A DNA stretch of 64,000 nucleotides from a virus: IMG/VR virus record IMGVR_UViG_3300028364_001588, one strand, 5' to 3'. Position numbers and translations under genes: made by a program. The notes below the pieces were generated by a model. It had not been told where the DNA came from. It made no database searches and saw nothing but the letters and a program-made list of their open reading frames with translations. Positions 9,671 to 20,906 of this stretch are shown here, piece after piece (position 1 is the stretch's first letter; every line of letters starts with the position of its first letter).

Positions 9671-11773
9671 TTAAGATAAAACTTTAGATATTCCTATCAA
9701 ATTATTACATGTAATTAAATCAGCAACAAGTGGGGCTGGTCTAAATGAAGGCAGATAACCAGAAGAGTGAGTGTTTGTGGCTGTGGCTTCTTCTGAATTA
9801 AACACAAGACCTGCAAGAAGAGCGATTCCATTTAAGTAATACCCATCAGTATCAAGAGTGTTTGTTATAGGGTTACATACAGCAACATTTCCTGGAGGCA
9901 AGCTTGGTCCAGAAACGTTTTGTATAGGAGTAACCAAATACACATCAGCGCCAGATGGTGTGGCAGCAATATTTGTAGCTGGAACAAATACGGTTTTAAA
10001 TCCAGGCTTTTTAATCTCAAAACTATACTTACAACTTGTAGCGTTATTATCATTAGCATATAACTTCAGCTCAAAAGGGATTTGCTCAGTTATAGAAGAA
10101 ACTCTTCCTCCAGTATAATTTGGAGTTTCATTAAAACCTTGAAGTGCGTAATCTCCACTACCTGGAAAGAACCCTCCAGTCTCTTGAGGTATGAATCCAT
10201 TAATGTTATACGCTGGATGCTTAGCAGTTAAAGTAACAATTTTAAATTGCTGTGTAATTGTAAATGGCGGCTCAATGTTAACTCCTGCGTATTTTTGTGT
10301 TATTTTCTCAACAAAATCATCTGCAACAAGAGGTCCATTAGCAAATCTAATTCCATTTATGAAAAATGGCCCATTATAATAATTTGAACCTCCGAACCCA
10401 AACCCTGTATCTTTTTCTCTAAAATCAAAAACTGCTGTTTCTTTTGGTAAAGAATCGTGGTTTACATATTTAGAATCTACAGACAAAGTTATGCTATCAC
10501 CAGCTGCAAATAATTGCTCTTGCGTTGTAACTCCAGGAATTACAGGCAGCACAGTAGAGCCTCCTTCGTTCTTTATCTCAACCTCAAAAGTGTCATTCAT
10601 AAAGAACCTGAAGTTATTGTTAACATCGGTTGGTGAACCAACACCTTCTTTTGCTCCAAATATATTCATTTGATAACCTGGAAATTGTCCAAGGTTTTCT
10701 GGGAATATTAATGGGTCGGTAATTGGGTTTATGTTGTTAATAATTTTTTGGAAGTTGTATGTAACAGATACTTTAGGAGTAAGGTCTTTTATAGAAACCG
10801 TGGTTGCTTCTATGTTTACAACCCCTTGGTCTGTAGTTGCGTTGACAGGGTTATCTAAAGAAAGAGAAAATGTTTCTTCATTCTTCTCAATAATATAATC
10901 ACTTAATGCAGTAATATTTATTTCTAACTCTTGTTGTCCAACGCCCCAATTTAGAGTCATAGGGAAGTTAAAAGGAAATGTGTCCACAGTGAAATCTAAT
11001 CCAGGAGCAGCTGTGTCATACGCTTCCGCTGTTGGTGATGTCAAATTAACTGTAACACTTTCAGTTCCGAATACACTTGGCTCTGTCAACTGAACTATCA
11101 CAGTACCCTCTTCGCCTTCATCCAAATAGTAAGCTGATTGTCCAAATCTAATATTTCTCTTAAGAACTTTTTCGATTTGGAAGTTGTTTTTAATCCAATG
11201 TTTGTTATAGAAAAATGGAAAGTCGTTTTGTATAATTTCAAAACCACCATTTATCCCAAGGTCAATAGTGTCTGTTCCATATTCAACGAAAACTCCATCA
11301 GAATCTTTGAATACGAGTTTTTGTTCAACTACAGTTCTTGCGTAATCAACTCCATTTCCAGCAATCTCAAGGTAGATAGTATCTGATAATTCATAATTAT
11401 TAAGCTCAATAATATACTTTCCTCTATGTTTTCCAAAAACATTTTTGTCTCCAAAACCTATTGGCTGAGAAGTTATTGTGGCTATCTGATTTCCAAGAAC
11501 CTGAGCTCCGAACAAAATGTTAGAGTTAGCATAAGCCTTGATTGTTAAATTATCACAATCAATCAAAGGAGAGTTTATTATACCATAAACCCTAAAGCTT
11601 CTGGAAGCGTTTCTCTCTTTTCTAAATTGCTCAGCAAGGTCAAAGTTATTATCAAACCTTTCTCTTTTGATTAGGTTGAATTTTTGCTGAAGGTTTACGT
11701 TGATGTAAATATCATCTATTCCTTTTGCAAGAAAATCTTCACTACCGAGCACTATTTTTTTCTTATCGTCCAT
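9671..11773 (-). CDS. Structural protein with Calx-beta domain
   Basis: Start reassigned to ATG 11773 (MDDKKKI), 2 nt after the upstream stop. IRFGQSAYYLDEG...TAAPGLDF...LNWGVGQQELEINITALSD...ETFSLSL is Calx-beta-like. Confidence 0.65.
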   Translation of the reverse strand: MDDKKKIVLGSEDFLAKGIDDIYINVNLQQKFNLIKRERFDNNFDLAEQFRKERNASRSFRVYGIINSPLIDCDNLTIKAYANSNILFGAQVLGNQIATITSQPIGFGDKNVFGKHRGKYIIELNNYELSDTIYLEIAGNGVDYARTVVEQKLVFKDSDGVFVEYGTDTIDLGINGGFEIIQNDFPFFYNKHWIKNNFQIEKVLKRNIRFGQSAYYLDEGEEGTVIVQLTEPSVFGTESVTVNLTSPTAEAYDTAAPGLDFTVDTFPFNFPMTLNWGVGQQELEINITALSDYIIEKNEETFSLSLDNPVNATTDQGVVNIEATTVSIKDLTPKVSVTYNFQKIINNINPITDPLIFPENLGQFPGYQMNIFGAKEGVGSPTDVNNNFRFFMNDTFEVEIKNEGGSTVLPVIPGVTTQEQLFAAGDSITLSVDSKYVNHDSLPKETAVFDFREKDTGFGFGGSNYYNGPFFINGIRFANGPLVADDFVEKITQKYAGVNIEPPFTITQQFKIVTLTAKHPAYNINGFIPQETGGFFPGSGDYALQGFNETPNYTGGRVSSITEQIPFELKLYANDNNATSCKYSFEIKKPGFKTVFVPATNIAATPSGADVYLVTPIQNVSGPSLPPGNVAVCNPITNTLDTDGYYLNGIALLAGLVFNSEEATATNTHSSGYLPSFRPAPLVADLITCNNLIGISKVLS

Positions 11774-11775
11774 AG

Positions 11776-14700
11776 TTATATTTTTTGCATTGGGATTGTG
11801 ATAATATCTCCATTTAAAGCACTGCTTCCACAATCTGGGGTAATACCTCCAGCTAAAAATCTCATTTCTATAATATAACCTCCTCCAGTAGTATTTGGAA
11901 CCTGGAATAGGGCTCCATTCATTCGTGCGTTCATAGTGTTGTTATTGTCTGGGAAACCGCCAGAAGTTCTACATCCTGAATTTGTGCCAGACTCTTTCAA
12001 AGAAGTTTTAACGTTACCATAACTTGTTGTTAAAGTGTAAACAGGAGGTGTAGACGCTGCGGCAACAGATGAGCCATTTATAGTTATTTGCCCAGGCACA
12101 TTAGAGTTACCAGGCAACGTGTTACCATCCTTATCTCTACATAAAATATTCTTAAACTTAATAGCGTAATTTGCAACAGCATATTCGCTGGTTCCAAAGT
12201 TAAAATTAGAATTCCCAGGCAATTCTATAGAAGCACCTTGCAGTGGTAATTCTGACATTGTAAAAGTGTATGACTCACCTGGGCCAAGAGTTATAGTTGT
12301 TCCTGGTATTTTTGCATCTATATTTCCATTGTTTTTTATCTCAACTTGAAGGTGGTTGGTATAACCAAAGAAGGCGTGCTGACTTGCTCCGCCACCAGTT
12401 ACTTTAGAGAAAAGTTCGTCTTGCAGGTTATTGCCCTCTGTATTATATGCTATTTTAATTTTTTGAGTACCATTAGGTCCTCTTTGAAAGTAAAAGTCTG
12501 AAAAGAAGTAAATAGCAGATGTAGGTATAACCTCTGGCCCTCTTTCGATTCTATCATTAGGGTCAATTACTCTATATAAACTAAGTGCCCCCTCGGAATA
12601 TGTCGCATTATTATCAAGTGCAAGAGCAATATCTTTATCCTCAAAATTATAAACATCAATAGGTAAATTTTGAACTTGTACGATATTGTTACCATTACTT
12701 TGCCCTACAGACAAAATGCCTGGTTCATAATTTGGACCTGTCATTCCAGCGCCATCTCTTGTTGCTTGAGAAAATATAGTATCTCCCCATGGTTCTGCAG
12801 AAACTGGAGGCCAGCCCTCTGGTCTCAACCAATATCCATACCCACACTCAGCTCTTTGATATTTCTCTCCATTAAGAACTTTAGAAACGCCACCTTGCAC
12901 TGGAAAACTTCCATTAGATGGCTCATACCCATTTGAATATGTTTCATTCCAAGCGACCCCTGCTTCATATTTGTATATAAATCCTGCTGTAACTTCTTTT
13001 GAAAACCTATTAGGGAACCAAAAAACGTTTGACGCACTATACTGAACACCGTACCCTCCAGCTATTCCTGGAGTTATTATACTTGATAGACTTACGCTAA
13101 GGCCGTTTAGGTCTCCATCTTTATATTCAGGCTGTTCAAGATAGCGTGGATTAGCTCCTGGCAATCTACCTGCCATTGTAGCTCTAATATAGTTAGGGTC
13201 AATTGGCTTGGCTGGAATTTTATACTTATCTGGATACAGATGATTCCATGGTTTATCATAAGGAGGAAAAGTTTGGAATCCTGTGTTAGTGTTTGGAGTA
13301 TCAGAACTATCTCCTCTGTTTTGATGGAAATGGTCTCTACCAATCCAGCCTCCTGGTTGATTCGTGTATCCCCAATCTCTTTGGAAACCTGTTGTTCTAA
13401 ATATTGAACCTGGTTGATTATAATAAAGCTTGAATTCGTATCCAGCAAGCCAAACGCCTTGTGATGTCGGCTCTGTTCTTGGAACACCGTCATTATCTGT
13501 TCTATAACCTTTAGGGTCATACATATTTGCAGGAACCTTAAAGGCTCTAAATCCATGTTCAAAAAACTTAGCAGACTTTTTAAGTTGAGGAAACTCATTC
13601 TCCCAAAGAAGAGTGTGTTCTTCGTCTTTGTCATATATATTATGAATCTCAACTACAGGTACATTTTTTACTGGAAAGCCTTCTTTTGACATATCTTTAA
13701 TGTCAACATTAAGGGTTGGAGAAAAGTTAAGCAATTCTACAGAACCAAGCTTGTTGTTATCGTAAGCCATTGGCGGAACATAGTATGTCGCCCACTTCTT
13801 AAGGTCATAATTAACAACTATGTCAAGTTCGGTGTATCCTGTTTGTATTGTACCCCATGATTTTACTACATTAATTGGAAATTGCTTAAAAGAAAAATTT
13901 GGAATGGTGTCAAGAATATTATCTTCACTCGCTGGGAATTGAAAGAAATTTAAGGCAATTTCATCCTTAGTAAGACCTTGTTTAAATAGGTCTACTTCAA
14001 ATACAACGATTTGACTTCCGATTGGGGCATCATAAATTATAAACTCCCCATTTTCATTGGTAGTAGTAATGTATTTATATTGGTCTGGAACTGATGTAAA
14101 ATGAGAAACTGACCTAAGATAGCTTTCTGTGTCTGCACTAAAAGATTCAGCATTAAAATACTCACCTGGATTTGAATTTTCTTTATTGTTTAAATAAAGC
14201 CTGTCTCCATTTACATCTGTTGATGTTGATACTGGGTAATCTTCAGATGGGTTAAAGACACCTATAGGAGTGTTTCTAAGTGGGATGCTTATATTGTTAC
14301 CTTCTACGTCTTTTATTGTCTGACGTGCCATTAATCTACCAAATACAACACCTGTATTCGCTTCTTGAGTTGGCATACTATTTACAAGGTTGTTGTAAAT
14401 ATTTAAAGTATCAAGAGTGTCGTGGGTTCTGTTTAATTTTATGTTTACATAGAAGTCGTCAATCTCATGATAAGAATGAAATACGTATTCTAAATGAGCA
14501 GGAACAGCGGCATTAGGGTCAATAACTACTCCTGAGTCTGCAAAAGTTGTTCCTCCAGTGTTAAGAGCTGCGCTTATTGTGCTTACAAATTTTGTATGAA
14601 GATTCTCGACTTCTGGCTGTCTAAGGATTCTATTTACATCAATAGAATATGAGTAACCTGTTGTGTAATTGTTTGTAATAGAGGAGAGCGGTACGTGAAT

Positions 14701-14907
14701 GTTGTCTGAATTTCTTTTCCAAAGACTGGTTCCATTAAAAGTTGTAACATCAGCAACATTATTGTTATTGTCAAATTCAACTATTGTAGGAACTATATCG
14801 AAATCATTTTCAATACCTGGAACTTTATCTAACTTGGTGCTAAAGTATGTTAAAGTGGTCCCAGTGGTAAAATTTTTAATCGTTATTTCCTCTCTTTGAA
14901 TGCTCAT
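11776..14907 (-). CDS. Large baseplate/tail structural protein (carboxypeptidase-regulatory-like beta-sandwich)
   Basis: 1043 aa; GVVFGRL...TTTNENGEFIIYDAPIGSQIV; downstream of the gp6-like gene. Confidence 0.6.
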   Translation of the reverse strand: MSIQREEITIKNFTTGTTLTYFSTKLDKVPGIENDFDIVPTIVEFDNNNNVADVTTFNGTSLWKRNSDNIHVPLSSITNNYTTGYSYSIDVNRILRQPEVENLHTKFVSTISAALNTGGTTFADSGVVIDPNAAVPAHLEYVFHSYHEIDDFYVNIKLNRTHDTLDTLNIYNNLVNSMPTQEANTGVVFGRLMARQTIKDVEGNNISIPLRNTPIGVFNPSEDYPVSTSTDVNGDRLYLNNKENSNPGEYFNAESFSADTESYLRSVSHFTSVPDQYKYITTTNENGEFIIYDAPIGSQIVVFEVDLFKQGLTKDEIALNFFQFPASEDNILDTIPNFSFKQFPINVVKSWGTIQTGYTELDIVVNYDLKKWATYYVPPMAYDNNKLGSVELLNFSPTLNVDIKDMSKEGFPVKNVPVVEIHNIYDKDEEHTLLWENEFPQLKKSAKFFEHGFRAFKVPANMYDPKGYRTDNDGVPRTEPTSQGVWLAGYEFKLYYNQPGSIFRTTGFQRDWGYTNQPGGWIGRDHFHQNRGDSSDTPNTNTGFQTFPPYDKPWNHLYPDKYKIPAKPIDPNYIRATMAGRLPGANPRYLEQPEYKDGDLNGLSVSLSSIITPGIAGGYGVQYSASNVFWFPNRFSKEVTAGFIYKYEAGVAWNETYSNGYEPSNGSFPVQGGVSKVLNGEKYQRAECGYGYWLRPEGWPPVSAEPWGDTIFSQATRDGAGMTGPNYEPGILSVGQSNGNNIVQVQNLPIDVYNFEDKDIALALDNNATYSEGALSLYRVIDPNDRIERGPEVIPTSAIYFFSDFYFQRGPNGTQKIKIAYNTEGNNLQDELFSKVTGGGASQHAFFGYTNHLQVEIKNNGNIDAKIPGTTITLGPGESYTFTMSELPLQGASIELPGNSNFNFGTSEYAVANYAIKFKNILCRDKDGNTLPGNSNVPGQITINGSSVAAASTPPVYTLTTSYGNVKTSLKESGTNSGCRTSGGFPDNNNTMNARMNGALFQVPNTTGGGYIIEMRFLAGGITPDCGSSALNGDIITIPMQKI

Positions 14908-14998
14908 TCTCTTTTATATTAAATATAAGCAAAGAAAAATATGAGATAAATAGTTAATCTCATTTTTTTCTAAATTTATAAAACCTTATTAAAAAAAT

Positions 14999-15332
14999 TT
15001 ATACTAAATTAATAGACTCAATTTTTTCTTTGACTGGGTTAAATAACAAAATGTTTTCAACACCACCTTCGGTTATAATAACCCCATCATAATTGCTGTG
15101 TAACCAATTTAAAACACCCCTCGTTCTTTCTATTAGATTTGAGGGTAGTTTTATAAACAAACTCACCATAACTTGAAGCTTCATTTTTATTTGGTGAAAA
15201 AAACGTCCCATCATAAACATGTCCTATATCATTAAAATCATGTTTATTTGGAGTCCCATGATAAATAACACTATGATTTTTATGGAGGATATTAGTTATT
15301 TCTTCTTGAATTATTTCACGAATCTTATTCAT
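14999..15332 (-). pseudogene. H-Y-E clade (polyvalent-protein type) ADP-ribosyltransferase-like gene with an out-of-frame internal deletion
   Basis: Frame A: MNKIREIIQEEI...IYHGT...GTFFSPNKNEASSYG...KSN. Frame B continues IERTRGVLNWLHSNYDGVIITEGGVENILLFNP. The frame switches near 15133. Confidence 0.6.
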
Positions 15333-16236
15333 GATTATAAATAGTTAATAATTCTTTTTTAGTTATTGAACAATTATGGTTTTTCATTAGATTATCTTCC
15401 CATGGAATCATTTCTAAATTTATAATATTTCCAATTATCTCTGGGTCTATATTATTTCTAAACCCTTTTGCAATCGAAAACCTATGGTCAAGGTGATAAT
15501 TTCCATCTACTCCAGCTTGACCTCTCTTGTTGTAGTTTTCTAATGTATCAAGAGGTTGTTGATTTGTTATTGTTCGAACTTTTTGATAATACTTCTTGAA
15601 TTCTGGGAGTATCTCTTGATATTTCTTATAGGTATATCCAGTTCTTTGTAGGTATATGTGGTCATATGCTCCAGATTCTTTTTTTAATTTCCTTGTTTTT
15701 CTTACTTTATTTTTATGCTCTTCAGATATAACCTTGTCGAGCATGCCTTTATGTTTATCTTCTACCCTAATTATATTTAACTTTTTAAGAATTTTATTCA
15801 CTCCAGAATATGACATACCAATGATATTTGCTACTTCTGGAATTGGTATTCCACTTAAGTAAAGGATTTTAATTTCTTCTGTTTTTGGATTTTTATAATT
15901 TTCTCTATATCCTGGTTTTCTTAAATCAACCTCATTATCTCTCAATATTTTCAGAACCGAAGGTTTAGAACACCCGATAATTTTAGCTATCTCAATTGAT
16001 GTTTTCTCTTCATTAACATATAAATAAACAACCTTGTCTACAGGAAGTTTACTACCTCTTTTAACGCCTTTTTTAGCTTTACTTATACTGCGTGTGGAGT
16101 ATCCGTTTCTCTTGATGATTTTTGATACTCCTGTAGAGCTTATACCAACTTCTTTGGCTACCTTTGTGGTAGACATCTTTTTATTGATGTATAAATCAAT
16201 TATTTTATCCTCTATTTCTTTGTTTAATTTTTTCAT
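15325..16236 (-). mobile_element. Putative homing endonuclease: three HTH repeats plus C-terminal HNH-like domain
   Basis: Repeated LY...S..EIAK..G.S...V.KIL units; YHLDHRFSI...NLEMIPWEDNLMK. Confidence 0.7.
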
Positions 16237-16303
16237 AATAAAAAAGTATCTATCTAATAATAAATAGAGACAAAAAAATAAAGTTAGAAGTAAAATTTCC
16301 TGG

Positions 16304-18199
16304 TTATGTTACAGAAACTGTGTTAGGTGCGCCAGAAGCCGTCCTTATGAGCACGTCTTTTGAAGGGAGTTTGATTTCAAACATAGAAATAGGTGTCCCA
16401 AAAATAGCGTTATCAATATAATCAAATCGAGTTCTAAAAGCTCCAGTGTTTGGGTCTTGAGTTCTGTCTGAAACTGCTTGCGAATGTCTTGTGCTCGAAT
16501 AATCTCCACCTTCCATATTGTAAAATCTTATGTCAACAACATTTATAATTCCAGGTATGTCTCTAAGAAAATCTGTAAGTTGCGATACGTAGATGTTTTG
16601 GTTCATTTGCCATTTTTCTACATCGAAGTATATTTTAATTTGGTTTATCGCTTGAGACTTTACCTCGCTTGCGTTAAATGTTTTATCCACAAACAAATCA
16701 ACTTCTATTTGAAGATTTATGATTTTACCATCATTAATCTCAACATAATCATTAATCATTCTAAATGGAACCATGTATCTTTGCAAGTTCGTCTTGATGA
16801 CGTTAGTAGATACATCGACAAGTTTTCCAGCACCATCTCTTGTGAGTGTATACATCTTAACCTTGTTATCTTCTACTTTTCCAAATATTCTAAATGGAGC
16901 ACCAAACTTACCTGGCATTTGAAATGCTCTGGCAACATAGTCATCCAAAGTTACGGCTCTATTTTGAGATGCGTAATTTGCTGCAATAAAACTTTTAACC
17001 TCATCAACACCTGGGAGACCTACGCCACCAATTGCTGGAACTGGGTTATTAGCTCGTGTAGAAGATAGGACACCTTGAATAAGGTTTATATTCTTTCCAA
17101 GAGATTGGCTGTTGATGTTAGAAACTTCGTTTAAAACATTAGAACCAACATTGCTTAAAGGCCCTCCTCCTGCTCTATATTTTATGAATATTGTAGAGTT
17201 TGGTGGAATCTGGACTCCAAGTGCGGTGTTGTTTAAAATAGCAGAAACATCAAGATTGTTTGAGTCAGGACATTTAACAACATTTGTTAAAGAGTCAATG
17301 TACGCCTCGTAAGCATTGTAGTCTTCAACTCCTCCACCAAAAGTAAGCACGCATGCTCCGTCAGAAAGAAACTCTTTCTCAAATCTTTTTTCTACTTCTA
17401 CATATCTACCAGTCTTTACTCCATCTACAGTGTCTGGAGTGTCATCATTAAGGAATATTTTATCTTCTGGAAGAGCGTCAACTTCGAAGTAATTTAAGTT
17501 AAAATCATTAAACTCAGAATAAGAAGGAGTTCTTTCTATTCCTAATCCGTTAAGAACTATTACAGAAACTATCTCAAGAACATTCTTGTCAGGCAATTCA
17601 ACTTGATAAAATGGTTTGGTTTGAGACGCTGGAACTTCAGCTTTGAATATTTTTGTTACTCCAGCTTTAATTTTTTCTCTTTTAATTATTCTATATCTAA
17701 TAAGGTCCTGGTTTCCGTTGAAAATAGGCTCAATAATTCTGTTGGCAATTCCGTCTTCGCTAAAATCGCTTGCAAAATTTATTTCATTAACTGTTTCAAA
17801 TATTTGACCAGCCCCTTTTACTCTCATTCCAGTTCTATATACTGGAAGATATGTAGCATCTGGACCAGTTGCTGTTGGAGGAACTTCTATGATAACGTCT
17901 GAAATACTCACTGCAGGTCTAACGCCTGGTGGTTTATATCCAAAAGTTTTAGCAAGCCTATAAACAGACCTTCTTTCGGTAACGCCATCAATAAACAATT
18001 CATTAAACTTCTTATCTGTAGCATAAGACAAAAGGTCTCCCACATAAGCGTTAAGCTCCAACATAGCCATACCTGGTGATGTTACGTTAAAATCTTGCCA
18101 TTGTTCTGGGAAAAATGTTTTAAGGTAGTTTATCAAATCCTCTCTAATGGACATGAAATCTCTACTTAAATAATTTACTGTTACAGTTTTTTGTTCCAT
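16304..18199 (-). CDS. Baseplate wedge subunit (T4 gp6 / baseplate J-like)
   Basis: NYLSRDFMSIREDL, AYVGDLLSY, LAKTFGYKP, FGGG, YRAGGG, QNRAVTLDDY. Confidence 0.9.
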   Translation of the reverse strand: MEQKTVTVNYLSRDFMSIREDLINYLKTFFPEQWQDFNVTSPGMAMLELNAYVGDLLSYATDKKFNELFIDGVTERRSVYRLAKTFGYKPPGVRPAVSISDVIIEVPPTATGPDATYLPVYRTGMRVKGAGQIFETVNEINFASDFSEDGIANRIIEPIFNGNQDLIRYRIIKREKIKAGVTKIFKAEVPASQTKPFYQVELPDKNVLEIVSVIVLNGLGIERTPSYSEFNDFNLNYFEVDALPEDKIFLNDDTPDTVDGVKTGRYVEVEKRFEKEFLSDGACVLTFGGGVEDYNAYEAYIDSLTNVVKCPDSNNLDVSAILNNTALGVQIPPNSTIFIKYRAGGGPLSNVGSNVLNEVSNINSQSLGKNINLIQGVLSSTRANNPVPAIGGVGLPGVDEVKSFIAANYASQNRAVTLDDYVARAFQMPGKFGAPFRIFGKVEDNKVKMYTLTRDGAGKLVDVSTNVIKTNLQRYMVPFRMINDYVEINDGKIINLQIEVDLFVDKTFNASEVKSQAINQIKIYFDVEKWQMNQNIYVSQLTDFLRDIPGIINVVDIRFYNMEGGDYSSTRHSQAVSDRTQDPNTGAFRTRFDYIDNAIFGTPISMFEIKLPSKDVLIRTASGAPNTVSVT

Positions 18200-18209
18200 T
18201 TTCTATATT

Positions 18210-18623
18210 TTATTCATGAGAGTGTTCGTCTGCTCCAGATGAACCTGGGTCTACTGGTATAACAACACTTACTTCGTCTACTATTTCACCAAGGTCACGA
18301 GCTTTATAAACAACTTTAACCTCAAGCAAGTTTTCTCCCTCAATAAAATTAAATTTAATCTCTGAAACTTCTACCTCTGGTATAAACACGCCTATTTTTT
18401 CAATAAGCTCACCTTTTAATTTTGCTGCAGATATGTCATCCCAAAGCTCAAATATGTAATCCCACAAAGGAGAATACAACTGACTTCTCATAACTCTATT
18501 TCTTCTCTTTGTTGTGAGTAAAGAAATTAAGTTCGTCTGAATAGCTTCAAGTGATGTCACGTTCGACATGAACACGCCACCCTCTGTTGTTTCTTGAAAT
18601 GGGAATCTAATGCTAATAGGCAT
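18210..18623 (-). CDS. Baseplate gp25 / gpW-like protein
   Basis: IRFPF...IQTNLISLLTTKRRNRVM...LWDYIFE; adjacent to the gp6-like gene. Confidence 0.85.
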   Translation of the reverse strand: MPISIRFPFQETTEGGVFMSNVTSLEAIQTNLISLLTTKRRNRVMRSQLYSPLWDYIFELWDDISAAKLKGELIEKIGVFIPEVEVSEIKFNFIEGENLLEVKVVYKARDLGEIVDEVSVVIPVDPGSSGADEHSHE

Positions 18624-18721
18624 AGTATAGTTTGTTTTTAATATAAATATGCCAACAAAAAAAATAAAGAGTTACAGAGTCTATAAAAAAGAATTAATGA
18701 ATATTTATAAGAAAATACTTT

Positions 18722-20155
18722 ATGGGAGTTTTCAGAATATATCCAAGCAAATCAAATACAATGGCCAGTAATCTATATCAGATATTCAATTCTGGTCAAA
18801 ATGCTGTTACAGATTTGTGGTATGGAGGAGGTGGTACAGACACCGCTTCAGATAGAAGAAATTCTATAAGTAGATTTATTGTAAAATTTGATATTGACGA
18901 ATTAGCGAGAAAGATTAATTCTAAAGAAATTAACGGAGACCTCGTGTCTTCATATAGGTTAAAAATGACCAATGCAATACCAGGAGATAAAATACTTGAA
19001 CCTGAGTATGAGTTTGATGTTCTTGATAAAAGGATTTCAGCATCATATGACCTTATAACTTTTCCAATAAACAAAGATTGGGACGAAGGAAGAGGGTATG
19101 ACCTTTACCAAGAAAACTATCTTGTAAGACAAAATGGAAACCCTATCATAACTGGGTACTCTAACTGGAATTCTGCTACTATGGTAAATTCATGGGATGA
19201 GCCAGGCGTTTTTTCAAATCCTACAGCTTCAACTGCAGTAACTTCTTATTCTACACAACATTTTGACATAGGCAATGAAGATATTGATATGGATATTACT
19301 GACATTGTAAAAGACTGGTTAAGCGGTGGCTCTGTTAACAATGGTGTTGGAGTTGCATATAGAAGAGATTATGAACTACTAAGTACTGACACGAGATATA
19401 TTGCCTCATTTTATACTGAGAAAACAAACTCAGCATTCAAACCATACATAGAAGTTGTTTATAATCAATCATTTCAAGATGATAGAATGCAAGTTACTAA
19501 CAATAGAACTTCAAGATTATTTCTTTACACTTTTAGTGGAAATAGTGCAGTAAACTATTTCTCTGCTGGAACTGTGGATATTCAGACAATGAATGGAGCG
19601 CCAGTAATAACAGGAATTACTCCTACCCAACAGGAAAACGGTGTTTACTATGTTGATGTACTTATGAATTCAGCCACTCGTGGTCAACAATATAAAGATA
19701 TTTGGAAAGGTGTTACTTTTGTTCCAGGTATTGACCAACAAGATATTACTCAAATCTTCACAATAAAAGATAATTATTATTTGAATAATGTGCCTCAAGT
19801 AAATGATTACTCAATATCTGTTTATGGAATTGGGGATAACTCCATACTTTCGATTGGAGAGACGCACAAAGTGTTTGTGGACCTAAGAGTTAACTACAGC
19901 AGTAGAAATCAACCTAAGACAGCTTATGACCTTAAATACAGAATGGTAATGAACAACCAAGATGAGGTTATTCCTTGGACTTCTGTAAATCAAGCGGTGA
20001 TAAACAAGTGTCCTAATAATTATTTCGTTCTGGAAACTGGGTGGCTATTACACAATCAAACCTATACTATTCAATATAGAATAGATGAGTTTGGAACCAA
20101 GAGAGTAATGCCTGAATCTACTACTTTTAGAGTACTAAGGTCTGATGGTTTTTAA
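18722..20155 (+). CDS. DNRLRE-like domain virion protein
   Basis: SRFIVKFD, WDEG.G, MDITDIVKDWL...NNG, FYT......KPYIEV. Confidence 0.6.
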   Translation: MGVFRIYPSKSNTMASNLYQIFNSGQNAVTDLWYGGGGTDTASDRRNSISRFIVKFDIDELARKINSKEINGDLVSSYRLKMTNAIPGDKILEPEYEFDVLDKRISASYDLITFPINKDWDEGRGYDLYQENYLVRQNGNPIITGYSNWNSATMVNSWDEPGVFSNPTASTAVTSYSTQHFDIGNEDIDMDITDIVKDWLSGGSVNNGVGVAYRRDYELLSTDTRYIASFYTEKTNSAFKPYIEVVYNQSFQDDRMQVTNNRTSRLFLYTFSGNSAVNYFSAGTVDIQTMNGAPVITGITPTQQENGVYYVDVLMNSATRGQQYKDIWKGVTFVPGIDQQDITQIFTIKDNYYLNNVPQVNDYSISVYGIGDNSILSIGETHKVFVDLRVNYSSRNQPKTAYDLKYRMVMNNQDEVIPWTSVNQAVINKCPNNYFVLETGWLLHNQTYTIQYRIDEFGTKRVMPESTTFRVLRSDGF

Positions 20156-20618
20156 TAGCATCCTGAAGGATGTCTATAGCTTCGATTGTGGCAAGGTAAA
20201 TATTTCTACTCCTACTATCATTTAACTCAAGTCTTTTAACTACTGTTTCGCTCGGAGTTGAAACTGCTATGAATATTGTACCTGGAGGATTTTCCTCTGT
20301 ACCATAACCTTTTGGGTCAGCATATCCAGTTGTGGCAATTGAATAGTCGGTATTCATGACCTCTTTTGCTCTTTCTGCCATTCTTCTGACAACTTGGTCG
20401 CTGACTTCTGTGTGCTCTTCGATTAATTCTTTCTCTACGCCAAGAACATTCATCTTAGCCTCATTGCTGTAAACAACTAATGAGCCTTCAAAATAGTCTG
20501 AGCTACCAGGGATTGATGTTAATAAACTACTAATGTAGCCTGCTGTACAGCTTTCTGCTGTTGAGATTCTACTTCCTGAATCTTTAAGGCTATCTCCAAT
20601 TTCTCTTATTAACTGCAT
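20127..20618 (-). CDS. cinA: CinA C-terminal domain / NMN deamidase (PncC-like)
   Basis: TAESCTAG, PGSSDYF, YSNEAK...LGV, VS..V...MA, TTGYADP, GTIFIA. Confidence 0.9.
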   Translation of the reverse strand: MQLIREIGDSLKDSGSRISTAESCTAGYISSLLTSIPGSSDYFEGSLVVYSNEAKMNVLGVEKELIEEHTEVSDQVVRRMAERAKEVMNTDYSIATTGYADPKGYGTEENPPGTIFIAVSTPSETVVKRLELNDSRSRNIYLATIEAIDILQDAIKNHQTLVL

Positions 20619-20622
20619 AGTA

Positions 20623-20859
20623 TCACTTTGGTTTGTATCCGTTTTCTTTTAATTCTTCATTAGAAGGGAATCCTAATTCTGCACCGCAGCATTCACAAAC
20701 TCTTCTTAATTGTGATGACCCAGGTTCTGGGTTTGTGTTTTTAATATTAACTATCTCATGCTTGCATGCACTCCTTAGCTCTTTTAGTTCTTCCTCTGAA
20801 TTTTTAATTTCATTGGTAAGTTCGTTTTTTCTTTTTTTAATATATTCACTATCTTCCAT
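20623..20859 (-). CDS. Small Zn-ribbon protein
   Basis: Coiled-coil N-terminus, CKH...CECCG. Confidence 0.6.
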   Translation of the reverse strand: MEDSEYIKKRKNELTNEIKNSEEELKELRSACKHEIVNIKNTNPEPGSSQLRRVCECCGAELGFPSNEELKENGYKPK

Positions 20860-20906
20860 TAAGATAAATTTCGTTCAACTTTCTCTCTCACAAATCTCTT
20901 CTATTA

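Noticed and set aside
14930-14970. Hairpin ATGAGAT...ATCTCAT overlapping a TATTTATC as a regulatory switch
   Set aside because: AT-rich and weak; equally explained as an ordinary terminator after the HNH/ART insert.
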